A stretch of DNA of 64,000 bases from positions 80,784 to 144,783 of the forward strand of contig CAYWVR010000001.1 of assembly GCA_964461715.1 (NCBI GenBank). Direction: 5' to 3'. The stretch comes from an uncultured Anaerolineales bacterium. Its GTDB lineage: Bacteria > Planctomycetota > Phycisphaerae > FEN-1346. Shown here one piece after another: positions 1 through 8,000 of this stretch. How positions within the stretch are numbered: the stretch's first letter is position 1; each line of letters opens with the position of its first letter. The notes beneath the pieces were generated by a model that ran no database searches, was not told where the DNA came from, and saw only the letters and a program-made list of their open reading frames with translations. Made by a program: the position numbers and the translations under genes.

Positions 1-879
1 CGCGATGGGCACGGTCCAGTGGCTTCCGACCGTCCGGTTGAACTGGCGGACGTAATCGACGAGGACCATCAGGACCGCCACCCAGAGGACGCTCCGCGCC
101 GCAAAGAGGTTGGCGACGTCGAGGTCCTGGGCGACCTGGCGCTCCTGCGGCGGGAGGCTGATGCCCTCCTGGTCGTGCTCCGCCGGCGCGGCCTCGTCCC
201 CCGAGGGGGGAAGGCGCTGTTCGGTCAGGGCCTTCTCCTCGCCCTCGCGGACGCGTTCCGCGTTCGGGTCGCGGCCCTGCTTGCCCCGTTCCCGGTATGC
301 GTACCCGGGCGGGGCGGCCTCGCCCTCGTCGGTCACGGTGACGACGGTGCCGTCGCTCATGACCTTCTCGACCTTGGCCTTCTCGACGCCCGCGAGGTCG
401 AGCGGGTCGGCGGCGGTATCCTCGGCGAAGGCGATGTCGGCGGCCTGGTCGCGGAGCTTGCGGAGCTCTTTCTCGCGTTCGAGGCGGCGGGCCTCTTCGG
501 CGGCCTTCAGGGCCTCGGAGATGTCCTCGCGGATGACCTGTACGTAGTAGGTGCTGTTGAGGTCCGCGAGGAAGAACCCCGCCAGGGCCAGCCCGATGGC
601 CGCCCAGTGGATCGCCCGGACGCGGCGCGTGAGCACAAGCACGATTCCGGCCAGGACGACCGCCACGACGACCGAATCGTCCGGCCACTGGAAATCGGCC
701 CATCGAAGCACCGCCTGCCCCAGGAAGGCCGTGATGAGCACGAGGCCGTAGGCGGCGATGTAGAAGAGCGGCTGGCGCCGCCGCACGACGAGCATCGCGA
801 TCACCACGAGGGCGGCGGCGTAGACGAGGATCGCCAGGATCCCGCCAACGCCGAGATAGGTTGGGAGCTTGCCGATCAT
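1..879 (-). CDS. Membrane protein, last visible gene of the ExbBD/TPR operon (3' end outside the window)
   Basis: Absent from the ORF track; translated by hand. ATG at 879 overlaps the upstream TGA (ATGA) and the frame is open to base 1: MIGKLPTYLGVGGILAILVYAAALVVIAMLVV..., about 4 hydrophobic helices, a charged coiled-coil segment (KAAEEARRLEREKELRKLR), then another TM helix. Confidence 0.85.
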   Translation of the reverse strand, partial: MIGKLPTYLGVGGILAILVYAAALVVIAMLVVRRRQPLFYIAAYGLVLITAFLGQAVLRWADFQWPDDSVVVAVVLAGIVLVLTRRVRAIHWAAIGLALAGFFLADLNSTYYVQVIREDISEALKAAEEARRLEREKELRKLRDQAADIAFAEDTAADPLDLAGVEKAKVEKVMSDGTVVTVTDEGEAAPPGYAYRERGKQGRDPNAERVREGEEKALTEQRLPPSGDEAAPAEHDQEGISLPPQERQVAQDLDVANLFAARSVLWVAVLMVLVDYVRQFNRTVGSHWTVPIA

Positions 880-2429
880 CGTCGGTATTGCTTCGTCTCT
901 TCAAGGTACTGGGTGAAGGCGTAATGGACGATGTTGATGCCCATGTGGAACGCGCCTTTGGCGAGGCGCGGGTCCATGCCGCTGTGGCCGGTCTTCCAGG
1001 CGTCGTTGATGTCGCCGGGATGATAGAAGACGCACCAGCGTCCCTGGTGCTTGATGCCGAGGGCCCGCCGCCCGCCGTGGTGCCAGAGGGGCGGGGCCCC
1101 GTCCGGGAACTGGTACGGCTGCTGGAAGATGGGGTCGTCGTCGGCGATCACGAGGAGCCGCTTGTCCGGAAAGAGCGCTCGCACGAACGAGCGGAAGCTG
1201 CGGTCCCAGCTCTGGGTGCCCGCGTCCGCGAAGAGCATGCCCCCGTCGAGGCAGTAATCGCGCAGCGACCGCAGCTCGCGGCTGGAGACGCTGATGCGGC
1301 CCGATCCGGTCATGTAGACGAAGGGGGGCGCGAAGCCCTTGGGGTACTTGTCGAGGTAGTGGATGGGATGGGCCTCGCTGGTCTTGGCGGTCCGGAGGCC
1401 CGACATCCGCTGGAGCTCTTCGAGGAAGTTCAGATCGGCCCGGGAGTAGGCGTCCATGCCGTCGTCCCAGTCCGGGCCGTTGTACTGGAGTCGGATGAAG
1501 CGGATGGGATGGCGTCCGACGCCCTCGGGCCATCCGCCCGACTTGCCGCCCCCGGCGCCCATGGCCCCGTGGACGGCGTTGACGTCGGCGTTGTAGACGA
1601 GTTGGGTATCCTCGTCGATCTCGCGGGAGATTTCCGATTCGTCCAGGTCGGGCACGTGGAAGTAGATCATGGCGTTCGGGTTGAGGACGAACTTTTTCGG
1701 CTTCTTCTCGCGGGGCTTGACGAAGGCGACCTTGGCGACCGACGGCGTGCCCGAGCCGTGGGGGACGTAGTACGGATCCACGCAGCCCCAGAGCTGCAGG
1801 AGGATCGGCCCCGCGATGACGGCCAGGTGCGTGGCGACGCTTGTCAGCCAGCTCTTGCGGTAGCGGGGGTCGCGGCCGTGGGTGCGGACGTTCTCGAGGA
1901 TGCGGTCGCCCATGGCCCACGTCTCGACGTCGCGTCGGGCGTAGAGGTTCAGCGTGGCCGCGCGCCAGGAGACCACGTGGAGGTACGCCAGGATGGCCAG
2001 CCACCCGAGCGCCGGCCACAGGTAATGCCACCGGGCCTCCCACACGTCGAGGAACATGCCGATGTTGAGCTTGTGGTCGGCGGCGACGGCGGTCACCTTG
2101 AAGACGGCGTAGACGTAGACGAGCAGGGCGAGGTAGGCGACACCGTAGCCCTTGCGAAGGAAGCGGAGGCTCGGCTTGCAGCGAAAGAGCCCCGCCACCG
2201 CCGCCAGAGCCATCAGGCCCGCGCACGCGCCCAGGATAACCGCGACGCCGGTGAAGAAGCTCGGCATCTCGGCGTTGGTGAAGGGGCCGCGGAAGTCGGC
2301 GCTTCGGACGAGCAGGTCGGCCAGGCGGTAGGGCGCGAGGATGGCATGGTAGCCCATCACCCCCGCCAGCGTGGCCGGCGGGACGGTGAGGAAGGCGGGC
2401 AGGGCGATGTGCTCGAGCGTGCGTCTCAT
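876..2429 (-). CDS. Polytopic membrane protein with TonB-like S-x3-H helix and C-terminal DUF4159 domain
   Basis: About 4 N-terminal TM helices, then SWLTSVATHLAVIAGPILL and a Lys/Gly-rich linker. The C-terminus has DUF4159-type motifs (PFVYMTG, GGMLFADAG, DDPIF, GRWCVFYHPGDINDAW, GINIVHYA). Confidence 0.8.
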   Translation of the reverse strand: MRRTLEHIALPAFLTVPPATLAGVMGYHAILAPYRLADLLVRSADFRGPFTNAEMPSFFTGVAVILGACAGLMALAAVAGLFRCKPSLRFLRKGYGVAYLALLVYVYAVFKVTAVAADHKLNIGMFLDVWEARWHYLWPALGWLAILAYLHVVSWRAATLNLYARRDVETWAMGDRILENVRTHGRDPRYRKSWLTSVATHLAVIAGPILLQLWGCVDPYYVPHGSGTPSVAKVAFVKPREKKPKKFVLNPNAMIYFHVPDLDESEISREIDEDTQLVYNADVNAVHGAMGAGGGKSGGWPEGVGRHPIRFIRLQYNGPDWDDGMDAYSRADLNFLEELQRMSGLRTAKTSEAHPIHYLDKYPKGFAPPFVYMTGSGRISVSSRELRSLRDYCLDGGMLFADAGTQSWDRSFRSFVRALFPDKRLLVIADDDPIFQQPYQFPDGAPPLWHHGGRRALGIKHQGRWCVFYHPGDINDAWKTGHSGMDPRLAKGAFHMGINIVHYAFTQYLEETKQYRR

Positions 2430-2441
2430 CGCGGAGCCGGG

Positions 2442-2897
2442 TTACCTCGCACCCTCGGGGTTCGTCTCGTCGATGCCCAGGCCCGTGGTGCCGGGGACCT
2501 CGGGGATCTCCTCGGGATCGGCCGTCTCCGTCAGCTCGCGCACGACGGGGTGATCGCGCTTGTCCCCGGGGATGCCGGCGGTGGGGTCGTCCTCCGGGAC
2601 GGGTTTCTCCTCGGGGGCAGGCTCCGTCTCGTTGGGCGCGGGCTTGGCCTCGGCGGCGGCTTCGGCGGCGGCCTTGGCAGCCAAATCCGCCTCCTTGCGC
2701 TCGCGCTGCTCGACCTCGCGTTTCTCGACGCGCGACGGGTCGAGCTTGTCCAGCACGTAGCTGTAGCTCGTGCCGCCGATCACCAACACGTGCAGGCCGA
2801 CGGCCAAGGCGAGACCGATGACGAAGATGTCGATCCGCCGGAATCCGGCGACGAGCTTGTCGGGGCTGAGGCGCTGAAGGTCTTTATCCTGGGTCAT
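2442..2897 (-). CDS. Small TolA/TonB-like single-pass protein (151 aa)
   Basis: Start re-called at ATG 2897 (ATGA overlap with exbD stop). TM segment LALAVGLHVLVIGG, then an Ala/Glu/Lys helix and a Pro/Glu-rich tail. Confidence 0.7.
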   Translation of the reverse strand: MTQDKDLQRLSPDKLVAGFRRIDIFVIGLALAVGLHVLVIGGTSYSYVLDKLDPSRVEKREVEQRERKEADLAAKAAAEAAAEAKPAPNETEPAPEEKPVPEDDPTAGIPGDKRDHPVVRELTETADPEEIPEVPGTTGLGIDETNPEGAR

Positions 2898-3355
2898 GGC
2901 ACGATCTCCGGCCCGAGGCCGGCAGCACGGCTCGGGCGTTCGGGTTTCCCTTCCTCGCCGACGGCGGCGATGATGCCGCCGGCTTCGCTGATGGCGTCGA
3001 GGACCGGTTCGAAGGTGGCTTTCGGGATGGTCCGGTCGCACTCGAACCAGACGGTGCGGGTCCGCGTGTCCTCCGGGGGCACGTCCCTGAGGCGGATTTC
3101 GAGGGCGTTGGTGAGGGCCTTGGCCGTGGGCACCTTGCTCGTGTCGAGGTAGATGATGCCGGCCTCGTCGATCTTGACCTTGATGCGGCTCTTTTCGAGC
3201 TGCTCGACGTCGCGGGAGACGGGCGGGGTGACCTTGACGCCGGCGTCTTTGGCGATGTCGGAGACGAGGACGAAGAAGATGATCAGGAGGAAGGCGATGT
3301 CGCCCATGCTCGTCAGGGGGATGAGGACCTTGGGTTTTCGGCGGCGGGCCTTCAT
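2894..3355 (-). CDS. exbD: ExbD/TolR family biopolymer transporter
   Basis: IPLTSMGDIAFLLIIFFVLV TM with the conserved Asp; ExbD-type periplasmic domain. Confidence 0.9.
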   Translation of the reverse strand: MKARRRKPKVLIPLTSMGDIAFLLIIFFVLVSDIAKDAGVKVTPPVSRDVEQLEKSRIKVKIDEAGIIYLDTSKVPTAKALTNALEIRLRDVPPEDTRTRTVWFECDRTIPKATFEPVLDAISEAGGIIAAVGEEGKPERPSRAAGLGPEIVP

Positions 3356-3792
3356 TCGCCGTCGCCTCCTTCCTCGCCGTCGGCCTCGCGGACGATGACG
3401 AGGTTCCCGCCCGCCTTGGTGACGGCGGCCATGATCTCGAAGTACTCCTGCCAGGAGCAGCCGCCGGTGGCTTCAAAGAGGACGACCTTCTTCGGGTCGT
3501 CGTCGGGGAGCTTCCGGAGGTCCATGTCCGCGAGTTCTTCGCGGAGTCGCGGCATGGAGAGGACCTTGTCGTCGAGGCGGATCTGGCCCTCGTGGAGCTG
3601 GACGGTGGTGGTCTTCTCGGGCTCCTCCTCGCTCTTCTCGCCGGCGGGCAGCTCGCTTCGGAAGCCCATCGTCTTGGTGATGGCCAGCGTCAGGAGGAAG
3701 AAGATGATGAGCAGGAATGCGATGTCGGCGAACGAGGTCGTGGGGACCTCGTCGATCCGGTTGCCGCGATCGAGTTTGCGTTTCTTCGCCAT
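3352..3792 (-). CDS. exbD: ExbD/TolR family biopolymer transporter
   Basis: Start re-called at ATG 3792 (MAKKRK); VPTTSFADIAFLLIIFFLLT TM with the conserved Asp. Confidence 0.9.
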   Translation of the reverse strand: MAKKRKLDRGNRIDEVPTTSFADIAFLLIIFFLLTLAITKTMGFRSELPAGEKSEEEPEKTTTVQLHEGQIRLDDKVLSMPRLREELADMDLRKLPDDDPKKVVLFEATGGCSWQEYFEIMAAVTKAGGNLVIVREADGEEGGDGE

Positions 3793-3820
3793 GGCGATCC
3801 AGCTTTGCGTCGCGGCTGTT

Positions 3821-3856
3821 GCCGCGGGTCGGAGACCTGCCGCACCGACCCGCGGC
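3821..3856. repeat. Perfect 12-bp inverted repeat (REP-like hairpin) between exbB and exbD
   Basis: GCCGCGGGTCGG (3821-3832) and CCGACCCGCGGC (3845-3856), 12-nt loop. Confidence 0.7.
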
Positions 3857-3882
3857 CGCCGCTCCAAGCGGGGCCGTCGGGA

Positions 3883-4536
3883 CTAGCCGCGGGCCGTGCG
3901 TTTGGCCTCGGTGGCGACGAAGTCGAGGAGCTCCGAGGAGGCCTCCTCGATCTCCAGGTTGATCTTGTCGGCCACCGACTGGAAGACGTTGTAGGGGATG
4001 ACGGCGGCCAGGGCGATCAGGAGGCCCGTCGCCGTGGTGATGAGGGCCTCGGAAATGCCCAGGGCCACGCCCTCGGCTTCGGCCCCGGAGGCCGACAGCT
4101 CCGCGAAGGCCCCGATCATGCCGGTGACCGTGCCGGTCATGCCGAGGAGCGGGGCCGCCGAGCCGATCGTCGCCAGGATGCCCAGCCGCTTCTCGACCGC
4201 GCTCATCGCGTGCTGTCCGTAGTCGTCCATCGCCTTCTCCATGACGTCCGTCAGGTCCGCCGGACGGTCCGCGAGGTCGCGGTGCTTGGCGTAGGACTGG
4301 AGGCCCGAGAGGAGCACCGCGCTGACGGGCCCCGGCGTGTGGGTGCAGAGGCGCGCCGCATCGTCAATCCGTTCCTCCTCCATCAGCGCGAGGACCCGGG
4401 CCCGCAGGGACCGCGTGTCGTGCTTGGAGTTGGCGTAGAAGGCCCAGATTCGGTCGATCAGCACGCCGAGGGTCAGCACGCTGCACACCAAGAGCGGGAT
4501 CATCAGCGGGCCGCCTTCGAGAAGATACTTAAGCAT
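3883..4536 (-). CDS. exbB: MotA/TolQ/ExbB proton channel protein
   Basis: GGPLMIPL; APLLGMTGTVTGMIGAF and GISEALITTATGL signature helices. Start re-called at ATG 4536. Confidence 0.93.
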   Translation of the reverse strand: MLKYLLEGGPLMIPLLVCSVLTLGVLIDRIWAFYANSKHDTRSLRARVLALMEEERIDDAARLCTHTPGPVSAVLLSGLQSYAKHRDLADRPADLTDVMEKAMDDYGQHAMSAVEKRLGILATIGSAAPLLGMTGTVTGMIGAFAELSASGAEAEGVALGISEALITTATGLLIALAAVIPYNVFQSVADKINLEIEEASSELLDFVATEAKRTARG

Positions 4537-4948
4537 GGTCCGAATCCTCACAATGGATCTGGGCAAGCACTTGGCAGGCGTCCAGAGGCATCATACGGAG
4601 CTGTGTGAGCGTGGCCCCGTCGGCCGGGGCGAGCACCAGCTCGCCGGTCACGTGATTGTAGAGACTCTCGCGGAGGAGGCGGTACGGCACCCGCTCGGCC
4701 CACGGGCGCGGTCCGTGGGCCACGAGGACGAGGGCTTCGACCGTGGCGAAGCAGCGGAGCCGCCGCCGGCCGAGCCAACTGCCCACGTCGACCGGGGTGC
4801 CGGTGCGCAGGGCCTCGAAGACGTCGTCGCCTTCGAGGGTTTCGGCGGCGAAGGCGCGGGCACGGCGTCCGAGGCGGGCTCGGTCGAAGGCCTCGTCGGG
4901 CGCCAGCGGCGTCCGGCGGGCCGGGGGAAGGTTGACCGCCTGTGTCAT
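4529..4948 (-). CDS. Hypothetical cytoplasmic protein (139 aa), translationally coupled to exbB
   Basis: ATG 4948 (MTQAVN); stop overlaps the exbB start; beta-rich core plus C-terminal helix, no signal peptide. Confidence 0.65.
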   Translation of the reverse strand: MTQAVNLPPARRTPLAPDEAFDRARLGRRARAFAAETLEGDDVFEALRTGTPVDVGSWLGRRRLRCFATVEALVLVAHGPRPWAERVPYRLLRESLYNHVTGELVLAPADGATLTQLRMMPLDACQVLAQIHCEDSDHA

Positions 4949-5070
4949 AGTCGTTCCGTGAATGGCCAGCCGGTCGGCCGGCGCGCGACAGGCCCCCCGA
5001 CCTGCCGCGCCCCCGGTCTCTGTCTGGAGCACGGGCGAACCAGCCGCCCGTGGCCTCCTCGCTTGATGCC

Positions 5071-8000
5071 CTAATCGATCTTCAGATCGGTCAGGCGTTC
5101 GTCGGTGAGCCTCCCGCGGGCGAACTTGGCCCACTTCGTCGTCGGGTAGTCCCAGGTGAGCTTCTTGAAGACGATGTAGGCGTTGCGGAGGGCGTCCCGG
5201 TTCGTCTCGGCGCTCTTCATGTACGAGTCGCCGCACCAGTACATGCTCTCGGCGACGAGATCCTTGTCGGCGCCGGGCTTCTCGATGACCTTCTTGAAGG
5301 TCTTGACGGCCTCCTCGTACTCGGCGGCCTGCATGAAGCACTGGGCCGCCAGGACCGTGGTCTTATCGGCCAGGCGATGCTCGGGGAACCGTTCGGCGAG
5401 GCGTCCGAAGACCTGGCCGGCGGTCTTGAACATCTCCTGGCTCTGCATGACGACCTTCTCGCGTTCGATGGGGTCTTCCCGGGCCTCGGCCCGGGTCTTG
5501 GCCTCCTTGCCCTTGACGAGGAAGTACTGTCCGAGGCGAGCGATCGTCTCGGCCACGAGCTCGTTGTCCGGGTAGCGGTAGGAGAGCTTGACGTACTCCT
5601 CGCAGGCGGTGTCGATCTTGCCCATCTTCTCGAAGACGAGGGCCTTCTTGTACTGGGCCTTGGGGGCGTAGATGGAGTCGGGGTAGGAGGCGACGATGTC
5701 GGAGAACCGGTTGATGGCCTCGACGTAGAACTCCTGCTTCATGTCCTCGTTGACGGCGTCGTTGGCGAACTCGAGGGCGAGGTTGGCCAGGAGGTAGTCG
5801 GCCTGGGCCCGGGCTTCGGTATCGGGGAAGTCGCGGATGGCCTCCTCCAGGAGCTTCTTGCCCTGCATGATTTCCCGCCGCGCCAGGCTCTGCTGGTCCA
5901 GCTCCCGGTGCCGCTTGGCCAGCTCGAAGTAGGCCTCGGCGATGGTGAACTGGGTCTGCATGGCGATGGCGGGGTCCTTGAAGCGTTTCGTAAAGGGCAG
6001 GACCTCGCCGTCGGAGCCCTTGTACACGGAGACGAGGCGTGCCAGCGGCGCCGGCTCTTGCTCCTTCGGCGGGGTGTAGGTCACGGTGACCTCGTCGCCG
6101 TAGGTGACGGGCAGGGCGAAGGGGTCCCGGGCCTCCTCGGCCTCATCCCTGTAGACGATCTTGGCGAATCCCTTGAAGACGCCGCTGTGGGAGAACGTCT
6201 CGGTGACCGAGGCCTTCTTGGCCGTGCCGCTGGAGGTGGTGACGTCCAGCTCGACGGTGTCCTTGTCGTCGGAGGCGTCGCGCGTGGGGTCGATAAGGCG
6301 GAAGTAGATGACCTCGCCGACGTAGATCCCGTCGACGGTCTCCTGGTAACGGCGGTCCATGATGTCGAAGAAGGCGTCGGCGGCCAGGGCGATGCGCCGC
6401 TGGAGCCAGTGGGTCTGGCCCTGCGGGTCGGTGTAGCGGTAGCCGATGAAGACGTCGTCGTCGCCCTTGATCTTGAGGACGGGCGGCTCCTCCGGGCCGA
6501 CCGTCTCGTCCTCGAGGGCCAGCGTCTCCTCGGGCAGCTTGCCCAGCTCCATGGGGATGCTGAAGGTGTAGCGGCCGTCGTCGAGGGCTTCGAGGGCGTA
6601 GGGGTTCGAGCGGACGAGCACGCTCTTGTAGCCCGGCGGGGGCGTCAGGCTGCCCGCGTTCGAGGGGCGACCCGTCAACCGGATCGTGCCGGGCACGTTT
6701 ACGTTGAACTCGGCTTCCTCGGCCAGACCCATGGCCTTGCGGCCCGAGGAGGTCTGCACGAAGATCTCGGTGGACGACTCGGGGCTCTTGGCGATGGCCG
6801 GGAAGAGGACCTCCACCAGCAGGGGCAGCCCGATCATGCCCTCGGCGGGCTCGTCGGGGCGGGGCAGCTCGGGCCACGTGGCGACGATGGTCCGCGTCAC
6901 GGGGACGTACTCCTCGAATTCGCCGGCGGCCTCCTGTTGCTGGGCTTGGACCTCCTCCTTCTCCTCGGCCGCCAGCGGCATGCTCTCGATGTCGTAGGCC
7001 CGCAGCTCGGGCGGCTCGAACCAGACCTGCTCGACGATCTGCGTCCGGTTCCAGGGGATGCCGGGGTCGGTGTTTTCGGCGTCGACGTAGGTGAGGATGA
7101 TGTCGTCGCCCTTGACGATGCGGATCTCGCTGTCGCGCCGGGGCGCGGCCTCGACGGGGAATACGCTGCCGAGGAAGATGCCGGAGTGCTCGGCCGTCTC
7201 GAGGGCCCTGTGCTCGGTGGGCCGGCCCTCGCTGGTGCGGACGGTGAACGGGACGGTGTCGAGCTTGTCGGAGACGTCCATGTCGGGGTCGTTGATGAAG
7301 ACGTTGACCTTGTCGCCGGGCTCGAATCGGCGCATGGGGATGTAGCGGGCCGTCCGCTCGCCGCGCCCCGACATCTGGTACTCGACGAACGTGGCGCTGA
7401 TGACGGCGTTGGTGTAGGTGGCCGTCAGGAACGCCTCGTGGTGCTCCTTGCCGCGCGTCACGAACAGCGGGTCCTCGTAGCTGACGGTGACGCGGTCGCC
7501 GGGCACGATTTCGAGGACCTGGTTCTCGCGCAGCTCCATGAAGTCGGTCTCGGTCGGCAGGACGGTCTCGCCGGCGGCGTCGGTGAGAGTGATCTTGTCG
7601 ATGGCCGGGGCGTCCGTCTCGAAATCCACCAGGACGAGCCGCACGACGCGACCCCGGCTCCCGGCGGGGAACTCGACGGTGAAGGCCCCGTCGCCCTCTG
7701 CGGCGGTGATCTTCGCGGGGTCGACGGCCAGGGCCGCGGCCACCTCCGGCTTGCCGGCGACGTCGAACATGGCGGCCGGGCAGGGGACCATGTAAGGCGG
7801 CTCCGGCGTGTCGCAAAGGACCTCGAACTCCGGCGCCGCGGTGCGCGTGGCGATGACGAACACGTCGACGACGTGGACGCCCTTGCCCAGGCTCCGCTTG
7901 ATCATCGGCAGCGGCGGGGCCTCGCCGCGCGATCCGCCGCGCGGCACCCGGCCCAGCTCGCCGTCGATGGCCCAGACGTAGGTGATGCCGTCGGTCTTGC

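Noticed and set aside
861-3152. 763-aa plus-strand ORF, and 19..924 (+)
   Set aside because: Antisense shadows of the operon genes.
2894-4536. Canonical Tol-Pal or flagellar MotAB
   Set aside because: No tolB or pal, and no OmpA-like peptidoglycan-binding domain in either ExbD.
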